NCBI GenBank assembly: GCA_038087875.1
Contig: CM075988.1
Location: forward strand, 1-64,000
Reading direction: 5' to 3'
Source of the DNA: Malacoraja senta
Lineage: Eukaryota
Length of the DNA: 64,000 bases
Made by a program: the position numbers and the translations under genes
In this document: piece after piece, positions 12,910-24,780 of the stretch
How the letters are laid out: the number at the start of each line of letters is the position of its first letter
How positions within the stretch are numbered: the stretch's first letter is position 1
Notes under the pieces: model-generated
The model's database searches: none
What the model was told of the DNA's origin: nothing
Seen by the model: the letters and a program-made list of their open reading frames with translations, nothing else

Positions 12910-13541
12910 AGGAGTAGGCCATTCGGCCCTTTGAGGCCAGCACCCGCCATTCAATGTGATCGTGGCTGATCATCCCCAATCAGTACCCCGTTCCTGCCTT
13001 CTCCCCATATCCCCTGACTCCGCTATCTTTAAGAGCCCTATCTAGCTCTCTCTTGAATGCATTCCAGAGAACCGGCCTCCCACCGCCCCTCTGAGGCAGA
13101 GAATTCCACAAACTCAACCACTCTCTGTGAGAAAAAGTGTTTTCCTCGTCTCCGTTCCAAATGGCTTACTCCTTATTCTTAAACTGTGGCCCCTGGTTCT
13201 GGACTCCCCCAACATCGGGAACATGGTTTCCTGCCTCTAGCGTGTCCAAGCCCTTAACAATCTTATATGTTTCAATAGAGTATGCCCTCTCATCCTTCTA
13301 AACTCCAGAGTGTACAAGCCCAGCTGCTCCATTCTCTCAGCATATGACAGTCCCGCCATCCCAGGAATTAACCTTGTAAACCTAGCGCTGCACTCCCTCA
13401 ATAACAAGAATGTCCTTCCTCAAATTAGGGGACCAAAACTGTACACAATACTCCAGGTGTGGTCTCACTAGAACTCTCTGTACAAACTGCAGAAGGACCT
13501 CTCTTTGCTCTATATTCGATTCCTCTTGTTATTAAGGCAAC
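12910..13541 (-). mobile_element. Degenerate CR1 3' fragment (host of the large CR1 insertion; its tail lies at ~8835-8861)
   Basis: The CR1 3'UTR is split between aataggtgcagga (ending 8861) and aggagtaggccattcgg (starting 12910). Confidence 0.8.
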
Positions 13542-14267
13542 ACAGTCAAACCCATCGGGTTTTGACCTCCATCGCAAGCAATGGCTAACCCTGAACAGAA
13601 TCCGCACCCTCCATGCAAGAACAGCACATCACCTGCATAAATGGGTGATGACAGACAGCTCCTGCTTGCGACTGCTGACATCCAGACCAGACCCATCCCA
13701 CACATGGTGAATGACTGCCTACTGAGGCTTTTCCCTGGGGGCATCAAAGCCCATCCACCAGTAACTGACAAAGATCCTACAGCGAGGAAGATGGTCAACT
13801 CGACGAAAAAAGACGTAGTACGGTCATGGGCAGATTCATGGGTAATTTTCGGCCCCATTTCCGTATACCGGCTTCCGCACCAAAGATCCCACAGCGGAGC
13901 AGAGATAACTAGTGCGGAGCGGAGGAACGGAAGCCGGTTACGGAAACATCCTCGTAAAAATAATATAAGTTATTTGGTAAAAATCTTCTCCTCATTTTCA
14001 GAATTTTCATTTATTAACACAAACTGTTCCCGCCGCAACGTTGATTGCACTGCGAGTCGGGTCGGGTCGGGTCGGGGTTACTGAAATGGATGAAAAAAAG
14101 GGCCCACGTTGCGCTCCGTTGCGTACTACACGTCAGCCCATTGCATTTAGGAGGAGTGGTCTATCTTGCTCTGCTATAGGATCTTTGGTAACTGATGCTG
14201 TCCTGGCCTGGATGTCTACCCTTGATCTACAACTATAGGCTGTGCACGCCAGACGCAAGAAAAAAGA
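13542..14267 (+). mobile_element. Vingi/Ingi-like LINE 3' fragment, interrupted by a DNA-transposon MITE
   Basis: Degenerate C-terminal peptides GFDLHRKQWLTLNRIRT..HKW, IPHMVNDC and WMSTLDLQL*, followed by a short 3'UTR and A-rich tail. Clade assignment from recalled motif similarity. Confidence 0.65.
13769..14187. mobile_element. Non-autonomous DNA transposon (MITE) with 8-bp TSD and CAAAG termini, P-element-like or hAT
   Basis: TSD gtaactga at 13761-13768 and 14188-14195; imperfect TIR caaagatcctacagc / gctataggatctttg. Confidence 0.85.
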
Positions 14268-17200
14268 TGTTTAGTATTTGTCTGTGAGTGTTAATTATAG
14301 ATTTCCCGTCCCTCTGCAGCACGATTTCAGGCTATCAACTTTCATTCCGATCTCATTCTCCTCCCAGAGTCAGATTTTGGGAGTCAAGTCGGGGTCAAGT
14401 TTCGTTGTCATCTGCACAGTAAATATCACCAGCAACTCGTACTGGGCCACTCCCCTTAACGCAGGTCACGGGGAGAAGGTACAAACTCCGGACAGACAGC
14501 GCCCCGCAGTCAGGATCGAACCCGGGTCTGCAGGTGCTGCATTTCGCTGTAAGGCAGCAACTCTACTCACTGGGCCACCGTGAACGCCCACTATGCTTCT
14601 TAGATGGGGCATGGACATGATGGGCCAAAGGGCCTGTTTCTGTAGTGCATGATCTTATGTGGTTGGTATTTTGGAGATACTCCAGGAATAAAACAGAGCC
14701 TATGGGATGAAGGAATCAGTGGTGAATTTGAAAGGGGCAGCACGGTGGCACGCAGTCGGTAGAGTTGCTGCCTCACAGCGCCAGAGACCCAGGTTCCATC
14801 CTGACTACGGGCGCTGTCTGTACGGAGTTTGCACGTTCTCAGCCCCGTGACCTGCGTGGGTTTTCTCCGGGTGCCCCGGTTTCCTCCCACACTACAAAGA
14901 TGTGCAGGTTTGTACGTTAATTGGCGTCGGTAAACATTGAGGAAAATTAGTCCCTAGTGTGTGTCGGATAGTGTTAGCGTGGCGAGGAGATCGCTGGTCA
15001 GCGCCGACTCGGTGGGCCGGAGGGCCTGTTTCCACGCTGTGTCAATAGACAATAGACAATAGACAATAGCTGCAGGAGTAGGCCATTTGGCCCTTCGAGC
15101 CAGCACGCACCGCCATTCAATGTGATCATGGCTGATCATCCCCAATCAGTCACCCCGTTCCTGCCTTCTCCCCCATATCTCCCTGACTTGCTATTTTTAA
15201 GCCTTATCTAGCTCTCTCTTGAAAGCATCCAGAGAATCCTCGGCTCGGTTCTAAATGGCTTACCCCTTATTCTTAAACTGTGGCCCCTGGTTCTGGACTT
15301 CTCCAACATCGGGAACATGTTTCCTGCCTCTAGCGTGTCCAAGTACTTAACAATCTTATATGTTTCAATAAGATCCCCTCTCAACCTAAACTCCAGAGTG
15401 TACAAGCCCAACCGCTCCATTCTCTCAGCATATGACAGTCCCGCCATCCCGGGAATTAACCTTGTAAACCTACGCTGTGTCTCTGAAAACTCACCACTAA
15501 TAAGAAACAACAGGAAGCAGGCAAGGCAGGAAAAGCACCAGAGTGCAAGGAAGAGCAGGGACCACTCCCACCACATAAGAATAACACTGCTGGCCAACGT
15601 TGGGAAATGGTTGGCAGCTGAGGTCAGAGGTCAACCTCATCAATTCAATATGTCAGATAGGCCAGCACGGTGGTGCAGCGGTATAGTTGCTGCCTCACAG
15701 CGCCAGAGACCCCAGTTCGATCCTGACCATGAGTACTGTCTGTACAGAGTCTGTACGTTCTCCCCGTAAGGCAGGGACTATCGCATACATCAGGGGGGGG
15801 GCGGCAACCTTGTTCTGGTGGCCAGAACCCATGTCTGTGAGCGGATGGCGGGCCACAACTATCGCCATAGTTAATAAATGGAGTTAATAGACAATAGACA
15901 ATAGGTGCAGGAGTCGGCCAATCGGCCCTTCGAGCCAGCACCGCCATTCAATGTGATCATGGCTGATCATCCCCAATCAGTACCCCGTTCCTGCCTTCTC
16001 CCCCATATCCCCTGACTCCACTATCTTTAAGAGCCCTATCTAGCTCTCTCTTAAAAGCATCCAGAGAACCGGCCTCTGTAAGGCAGAGAATTCCACAGAC
16101 TAATAATACACACTAAACTAAATTAGTAATTAGTAATAATATTAATAATACATTAATTAGCAAATAATATGTGACATGTTTGTGGCTGCAGGAGTCAGTA
16201 CTTTAGAAGGCTATCCTAAGAAATCATATGTATAAATTCATCTGCAGGATAAATGAGTCTAAAAATGTAATTATTGTGGCCTTGTCACACATAAGGTTTA
16301 GCACTACACGCTACAGTGGAGACGCTGGTATCGTTGCCTCGTTGTAGGACATTGATTTTTCTTTTTATTATGGATTTTAATTCATGTATTCTATTGTTTT
16401 TTAAATATATAATTGATCATGCTTTTATAGTGATATACTAAGATTGCCATAGAGGGAGTGCAGAGAAGGTTCACCAGACTGATTCCTGGGATGTCAGGAC
16501 TTTCATATGAAGAAAGACTGGATAGACTTGGTTTATACTCGCTAGAATTTAGGAGATTGAGAGGGGATCTTATAGAAACTTACAAAATTCTTAAGGGGTT
16601 GGACAGGCTAGATGCAGGAAGATTGCTCCCGATGTTGGGGAAGTCCAGGACAAGGGGTCACAGCTTAAGGATAAGGGGGAAATCCTTTAAAACCGAGATG
16701 AGAAGAACTTTTTTCACACAGAGAGTGGTGAATCTCTGGAACTCTCTGCCACAGAGGGTAGTTGAGGCCAGTTCATTGGCTATATTTAAGAGGGAGTTAG
16801 ATGTGGCCCTTGTGGCTGAAGGGATCAGGGGGTATGGAGAGAAGGCAGGTACGGGATACTGAGTTGGATGATCAGCCATGATCATATTGAATGGCGGTGC
16901 AGGCTCGAAGGCCGAATGGCCTACTCCTGCACCTAATTTCTATGTTTCTTATGTTTCTATATGTATTTTATGTTTTTTTTATATGCAATGTATTTTTATG
17001 TAAAGTTGTCCCTTGACTGGACCTTGAGACTGAAATACAGATTTTTTTTTTTAAACATAAATTAGTAATAATACGGACTGACTAGTGTGACACTTGGTGT
17101 TGTTTTTCGCATTAGTTTTTCACGTATTTTTCAATTCGTTTTCTGCAGTTCCCAGACCCCTCGCGTCCCTGCCACTTGCTGTAGGGCCCACGTTGGAGCA

Positions 17201-20200
17201 GTAGGCCCAGCACTCCAGGCAGCCCAGCTCCAGACGGCAATCCCAGGTGAGGCATCGCTCCGCTCCGCAAAGTATCCTGCGCTGCGCCGCCGCTGCTGGA
17301 GCTCTGGTTCGGGTCCACTGGCAGGAAAGGCCGCGCCAATCCAGTTGGTAGGGGGGGGGGGGGGGGGGGGGGCGAGGACGCGACTCGGAGAAATAGTTGC
17401 ATCCTCGCCAGGAGGTGACTGGGAGACGGTTTCCCCATGACCCTACCCCCCCCCCACTCCCCCACATAGAAAAACTAAAGAAACCTCCTCAACATACTTT
17501 AAACAAAATAAAAAATAAAAAAAAGATGGAAAAAAACAGACAGACTGCAGGCAGCCTTCATGCGGCGCCCCTAGTGGCCACCGAGGCCGACTTCCGAGGC
17601 TGGTATCGACCCACCCCCCCCCCCCCCCAGGCCGAGACCGTGACCTCTGTCTGTCCGGCAAAGCGAATAACCCAGCAAGGCTCCGGAACCAAGGGTGCCG
17701 GATAATCGGTGGAGGAACCGTATCTGCCTCCACCACCACCACTGGTCATTCATTCCATTCCCCCACTACTTTCAGTCTCATTCTCACCTTCTAGCTATCT
17801 CCTCCAGTGTTGGATTTTTCCACCCTGGTTTTGCATGCTACCCAAAACAGATCAGATATACCAAAGATCCACACAAAAATGCTGGAGTTGTACAGAGTCC
17901 CTAGTGAGACCACACCTGGAGTATTGTGTGCAGTTTTGGTCCCCTAGTTTGAGGAAGGACATCCTTGCTATTGAGGGAGTGCAGCGTAGGTTTGCAAGGC
18001 TAATTCCCGGGATGGCAGGACTGTCATATGTTGATAGAATGGAGCGGCTGGGCTCGTATACTCTGGAATTTAGAATGATGAGAGGGGATCTTATGAAACA
18101 TGTAAGATTATTAAGGGTTTGGGCATCTAGAGGGAGGAAACATGTTCCCGATGTTGGGGGGAGTCCAGAACCAGGGGCCACAGTTTAAAAATAAGGGGTA
18201 AGCCATTTAGAACGGAAATGAGGAAACACTTTTTCACACAGAGGGTTATAAATCTGTCTCAGAAGGCGGTGGAGGCCAATTCTCTGGATGCTTTCAAGAG
18301 AGAGCTAGATAGGGTTCTTAAGAATAGTGGAGTCAGGGATATGGGGAGAAGGCAGGAACGGGGTACTGATTGGGGATGATCAGCCACGATCACATTGAAT
18401 GGCGGTGCTGGCTCGAAGGGCCGAATGGCCTACTCCTGCACCTATTTTCTATTCTCTATTGTCTATTGTAACTCAGCGGGACAGGCAGCTTCTCTTGAGA
18501 GAAGGAATGGATGACGTTTCGGGTCGAGACCCTTATTCAGACTGAGAGCCAGGAGAGAAGGAGACACAGAGGTATGGAAGGGTAAGGTGTGAGAACAAGA
18601 GATCAAAGGGGACAAAAATCAAGGAAAATGTAGAATAGATCATTATTCACCAGGACAAGGTGACAACGAAGTATACAATAGACAATAGATGCAATATACA
18701 ACATGCATAAATCAGTTCAAACTCAAGCACCATAGAGAGAGCTAAGGGGAAGAGACAGAATGCAGAATGTATGGACTACAGTATAGACTTGAGAATATAC
18801 AGACCAGCTCAGTGGCACCTCACAGCGCCAGAGACCCAGGTTCGATCCTGACTAGGGAGTTTGCACGTTTCTCCCCGTGACCCGTGTGGGTTTTCTCCGG
18901 GTGCTCCGGTTTCCTCCCACACTCCAATGACGTGCAGATTAATTAGCTTCGGTAAAAAGATTGAAATGCCCCTAGTGTGTGTAGGATGGTGTTAGTGTGC
19001 GGGGATCGCTGGTCGGCACGGACTCGGTGGGCTGAAGGGCCTGTTTCCGCACTGTATCTCTAAACTATAAATCAACTAAAGATCATAGACCAGAATATAC
19101 AGACTGTAGACTTTAGACTTTGTCTTATTATGGTTGCCTATTATTATGATTATTAATTGGGTGCATTATTGATTATTGTGCAATTATCTGTGTGTTTTTG
19201 CTTTTACAAGCCTCTCAGAACCAGGGAGTTCCATTATTCCATTGGGTAGACGCACAGAGTCTCTTGCCCAGAGTAGGGGAATCGAGGACCAGAGGACATG
19301 GGTTTAAGGTGAGGGGGGGAAAGATTTAATATAAGATTCTGAGGAGTAACGTTTACACACAGAGGGTGGTGGGTGTATGGAACAAGCTGCCAGAGGAGGT
19401 AGTTGAGGCTGGGACTATCACAACATTAAGAAACTGTTAGACATGTACGTGGATAGGACAGGTTTAGAGGGGTATGGGCCAAACGCAGGCAGGTGGGACT
19501 AGTGTAGATGGGGCATGTTGGCCGGTGTGGGCAAGTTGGGCCGAAGGGCCTGTTTCCATGTTGTGTGACTCTATGAGTCTATTGTCGGTAACTCATGGCA
19601 AAGAAACAGTCCTGACTCATCATTTAACAACTACTGGCTTTTAGAGAAACTGCAAATCACGTCTCTATATATGGAAGTAAGAGGGAATGGTGTTCCTGCC
19701 TTCCGATCCCAGGAACAGGATACTGATCTCAACGTCTGGCACCCCTCACTGTAAATCCACGCAAAGGGAACTTCTGCAGTTACGTGGAGCAAGGAACAGC
19801 AGATGCTGGTTTACACCGAAGATAGACACAAAATGCTGGAGTAACTCTATCAGCCATGATCACATTGAATGAATGGATGAATAAGTTTATAGACAATAGA
19901 CAATAGGTGCAGGAGTAGGCCATTCGGCCCCTCGAGCCAGCACCGCCATTCAATGTGATCATGGCTGATCATCCCCAATCAGTACCCCATTCCTGCCTTC
20001 TCCACATATCCCCTGACTCCGTTATACATAGATACATAGATACATAGAAATTAGGTGCAGGAGTAGGCCATTCGGCCCTTCGAGCCTGCACCGCCATTCA
20101 ATACGATCATGGCTGATCATCCAACTCAGTATCCCGTACCTGCCTTCTCTCCATACCCCCTGATCCCTTTAGCCACAAGGGCCACATCTAATTCCCTCTT

Positions 20201-23200
20201 AAATATAGCCAATGAACTGGCCTCAACTACCCTCTGTGGCAGAGAGTTCCAGAGATTCACCACTCTCTGTGTGAAAATCTTTATCTTTAAGAGCCCTATC
20301 TAGCTTGGCCAAGAATTCACATACAAGGAATTTGCCTTGGTGCTCCGCCCGCAAGTGACAACATGACATACAGTGACAGTTAGGAATGACACATAAAAAA
20401 CATTAAACATTAATAATAAAACATTATTGATTAAACATGTGAATTAAATCAAATTGAATGGCAGTGCTGGCTCGAAGGGCCGAATGGTCCACTCCTGCAC
20501 CTATTTTCTATGTTTCTATGAGGCTGTGGAATGGCATTCCATTCCCCACAACTTTCAGTCTCCCTTGTACCTATCTTAAAGATAGAGGAGTCAGGAGATA
20601 TGGGGAGAAGGCAGGAACGGGGTACTGATTGTGGATGATCAGCCATGATCGCTTTGAATGGCGGTGCTGGATCGAAGGGCCGAATGGCCTACTCCTGCAC
20701 CTATTGTCTATTGTCTATTGTCTACCTTGTACCTTCCGAAGAGCCCACCGGAAGCCCAACTACACAGGTAGTTGGACAATTTTATACAGGACTATTTTTT
20801 TACATTTATTAAATGTAGAAAATATCACCTCTCACCTTCTCGGTATCTCTCTGGTTTGGGACATTTCCACCCTGGTTTTGCATGCTGCCCAAACAGATCA
20901 GATATACCAAAGATACACACAAAATACTGGTGACTCAGCGGGACAGGCAGCATCTCTGGAGAGAAGGAACGGGTGACGTTTCAGGTCGAGACCCTTGCTA
21001 TTGACGGAGTGCAGCGTAGGTTTACAAGGTTAATTCCCGGGATGGCGGGACTGTCATATGCTGAGAGAATGGAGCGGCTGGGCTTGTACACTCTGGAGTT
21101 AAGAAGGATGAGAGGGGATCTTATTGAAACATATAAGATCATTAAGGGTTTGGACACGCTGGAGGCAGGAAACATGTTCCCGATGTTGGGGGAGTCCAGA
21201 ACAGGGGCCACAGTTTAAGAATAAGGGGTAAGCAATTTAGAACGGAGACGAAGAAACACATTTTCCACACAGAGAGTTGTGAGTCTGTGGAATTCTCTGA
21301 AGGCGGTGGAGCCAGGTTCTCTGGATACTTTCAAGAGAGAGCTAGATAAGGCTCTTAAAGATAGTGGAGTCAGGGGATATGGGGAGAAGGCAGGAACGGG
21401 GTACTGATTGGGGATGATCAGCCATGATCACATTGAATGGCGCTGCTGGCTCGAAGGGCCGAATGGCCTAGTCCTGCACCTATTGTCTATTGTGTAAGTG
21501 GGACAGGGAGCTTTAGCTGCCCAAGTGAAATCTGTGGAGTGATGGAGGGGAGGGAGGGGGAGCACCAGAGAGTATACCTTGGTCAGCATGGCCGTTGGGC
21601 CGAAGGGCCTGTTTTTCTGCTGCATGACACTATGGTAAACATTGCCCAGTCTTTTCACACTATTTATTATGTTTAGTGCAAGATAAAGTCTAGTAAAGTC
21701 CGATTAGAGACAGCCCGAGTGTCTACAATGAGGTTGATGGTAGCTCTCTAGTTGGTGAGAGGACGGTTCAGTTGCCTGATAACAGCCGGGGAAGAAACTG
21801 TCCCTGAATCTGGAGGTGTGCGTTTTCACACTTCTGTACCTCTTGTCTGATGGGAGAGGGGAGAAGACTGGTCCCACACCTGTACGTCTCTGGAGTATGT
21901 GGGAGGAAACCGGAGCACCCGGGGGAAACCCACGCGGTCACAGAGAGAACGTACAAATTCTGTTTAGTTTCGTAAGGTGAAACCTGCACAAGTTGTTGAC
22001 GATAGACATCAAATGCTGGAGTAACTCAGCGGGACAGGCAGCATCTCCGGAGGTGACGTTTCGGGTCGAGACCCTTCTTCACACCCGAGTCTGCCTGACC
22101 CGCCGAGTTACTCCAGCATTTTGTGTCTATCTTCGATGTAAAAATAAAAACTGCGTCTGCAGTTCCTTCCTGCACAAGGCATCGGAGGGACAGCCTGTCA
22201 GACTCTGCGGTTTTAGAAAGGTTTTTACTGGAGTTCCAGTCTAGCTGGTGAAGTTATATGTTTCGTTAATCCAATACAATAGACAATGGGTGCAGGAGTA
22301 GGCCATTCGGCAATTCGAGCCAGCACCAACATTCAATGTGATCATGGCTGATCATCCCCAATCAGTACCCCGTTCCTGCCTTCTCCCCATATCCCCTGTC
22401 TCTGCTATCTTTAAGAGCCCTATCAAGCTCTCTCTTGAAAGTATCCAGAGAACCGGCCTCCACCGCCCTCTGAGGCAGAGAATTCCACAGACTCACAACT
22501 CTCTGTGTGAAAAGTTTCCTCATCTCCGTTCTAAATGGCTGACCCCTTATTCTTAAACTGTGGCCCCTGGTTCTGGACTCCCTCAACATCGGGAACATGT
22601 TTCCTGCCTCTAGCGTGTCCAACCCCTTTATAATCTTATATGTTTCAATAAGATATCCTCTCATCCTTCTAAACTCCAGAGTGTACAAGCCCAGCCGCTC
22701 CATGCTCTCAGCATATGACAGTCCTGCCATCCTGGGAATTAACCCTGTAAACCTACACTGCACTCCCTCAATAGCAAGAATGTCCTTCCTCAAATTAGGG
22801 GACCAAAACTACACACAATACTCCAGGTGTGGTCTCACTAGGGCTCTGTACAACTGCAGAAACATAGAAACATAGAAATTAGGTGCAGGAGTAGGCCATT
22901 CGGCCCTTCGAGCCTGCACCGCCATTCAATATGATCATGGAAGACGAAGGACCTCTTTGCTCCTATACTCAACTCCTTCTCGTTATAAAGGGCAACATGC
23001 CATTCGCTTTCTTCACTGCCTGCTGTACCTGCATCCTTACTTTCATTGACTGATGAACAAGGACCCCCAGATCCCGTCACTGGAGGAAACCGGAGCAGCC
23101 GGGGAAAACCCACGCGGTCACAGGGAGAACGTACAAATTCCGTTTAGTTTCGTAAGGTTAAACCTGCACAAGTTGTTGACGATAGACATCAAATGCTGGA

Positions 23201-23246
23201 GTAACTCAGCGGGACAGGCAGCATCTCTGGAGGGAAGGAATGGGTG

Positions 23247-23274
23247 GACGTTTCGGGTCGAGACCCTTCTTCAG
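23247..23274 (-). ncRNA. Minimal hammerhead ribozyme motif, sense to the DYSF pre-mRNA
   Basis: Reverse complement reads CUGAAGAAGGGUCUCGACCCGAAACGUC, with an intact core. Confidence 0.65.
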
Positions 23275-23503
23275 ACCCGAGTCTGCCTGAGCCGCCGAGT
23301 TACTCCAGCCTTTTGTGTCTATCTTCGATGTAAAAATGAAAACTGCAGTTCCTTCCTGCACAAGGCATCGGAGGGACAGCCTGTCAGACTCTGCGGTTTT
23401 AGAAAGTTTTTTTTACTAGAGTTCCAGCCTGGCTGGTGGAGTAATAAGTTCCGTTAATCCAATGCTGGAGCAGTGTGTGGCTCTTGCCCCTGCGTCTACT
23501 CAC

Positions 23504-23597
23504 CTTTGAAGCTGAGAGTAGCGACGGGATCACTCTGCCTGCTCCCCTTCTCCACATTGGGAAGGTTCCTGGCTGCGTACAGCAGGCACTGCAACAT
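23504..23597 (-). CDS. DYSF: Dysferlin alternative first coding exon, DYSF_v1/C2Av1 type (MLQCLLYAARNLPNVEKGSRQSDPVATLSFK-G)
   Basis: ATG at 23597 (A at -3), 94 coding nt, phase-1 donor G|GTGAGT. The peptide resembles recalled human DYSF_v1 exon 1 (MLCCLLVRASNLPSAKKDRRSDPVASLTFRG) and is in frame with exon 2. Confidence 0.9.
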
Positions 23598-23641
23598 GCT
23601 TCAACCCGACCAGAGACCAAGTTGGCAGAAAAATAATAGAC

Positions 23642-23714
23642 CACACACACACACACACACACAAGCAATACACACACGCACACACAAGCAATACACACAC
23701 ACACACACACACAC
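23642..23714. repeat. Interrupted (CA)n microsatellite just upstream of the DYSF_v1-type exon
   Basis: (CA)n runs separated by agcaata. Confidence 0.92.
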
Positions 23715-24149
23715 AGTGAGCGAGGTATTGGAACTTAACCCTGAGACAGTCAGTCTGAGAAGTAACACACGCTCACTGCTAATTCTTCTCTCTCCCAAAG
23801 GAAATGACAATCCAAACTCCTCCCAAACCGAGGACAAGCTCGGGGGAAAGCTAAAATATCTTTGCTTTAACCTTGAGGCTCCTGACGTGAGTCAGAACAA
23901 AGAGCCGCAGCCAAATCTGCTCAAGACAGACACAACAAGTGCCCGGAGTGACTCAGGCAGTGACAGGCAGCAGCATCTCTGGAGAGAAGGAATGGGTGAC
24001 GTTTCGGGTCGAGACTCCTCCAGTGTATTGTGCCCACCCGTTCCTTTCTCTCCAGAGACGCTGCCTGGCCCCGCTGAGTCAACGCCCAGCATTTTGTGTC
24101 TATCTCTGGTGTAAACCAGCGTCTGCAGTTCCTTCCTACACACCCTCCT

Positions 24150-24780
24150 CAAGGTTCTGCCTTGAGATGCAAGACATGCAACACTTGTCCCCTTCACCTC
24201 CCCCCTCTACTCCATTCAAGGACCCAAGCAGTCGTTCCAGGTGCGACAGAGGTTCACCTGCATCTCCTCCAACCTCATCTATTGCATTCGCTGCTCTAGA
24301 TGCCAGCTGATCTACATTGGTGAGACCAAGCGGAGGCTTGGTGATCGTTTCGCCGAACACCTCCGGTCGGTCCGCAATAACCAACCTGAACTCCCGGTGG
24401 CTCAGCACTTCAACTCCCCCTCCCATTCCGTATCTGACCTCTCTGTCCTGGGTCTCCTCCATGGCCACAGCGAGCAGCACCGTAAATTGGAGGAAATGCA
24501 CCTCATATTCCGCTTGGGCAGTCTACATCCTGGGGGTTTGAACATTGAATTCTCCCAATTCTGCTAGCCCTTGCTGTCCCCTCCCCTTCATCAGCCATCT
24601 GGTTGTCTCCTCCCCTCCCCCAGCCCTCGGGCTCCTCTTCCGCCTTTTTCCTTTTTTCCTTTCTTCTCCCCACCCCCTATCAGTCTGAAGAAGGGTTTCG
24701 GCCCGAAACGTTGCCTATTTCCTTCGCTCCATAGATGCTGCTGCTGCACCCGCTGAGTTTCTCCAGCATTTTTGTGTACC
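24150..24780 (+). mobile_element. Penelope-like element 3' fragment (GIY-YIG + pseudo-LTR)
   Basis: ORF 24241..24567 FTCISSNLIYCIRCSRCQLIYIGETKRRLGDRFAEH; hammerhead motif at 24685-24712. Confidence 0.87.
24685..24712 (+). ncRNA. Minimal hammerhead ribozyme motif, UUCG-loop variant
   Basis: CUGAAGA-A-GGGU(UUCG)GCCC-GAAACGUU; stem II is preserved by a U-G pair. Confidence 0.65.

Noticed and set aside
16775..16792. MEF2-like ctatatttaa motifs in CR1 copies
   Set aside because: Part of the CR1 ORF2 consensus and repeated in every copy; no locus-specific evidence.
23473..24114. 213-aa plus-strand ORF overlapping the v1 exon
   Set aside because: Runs through a CA microsatellite and pseudo-LTR sequence, antisense to a recognisable exon, with no domain similarity.
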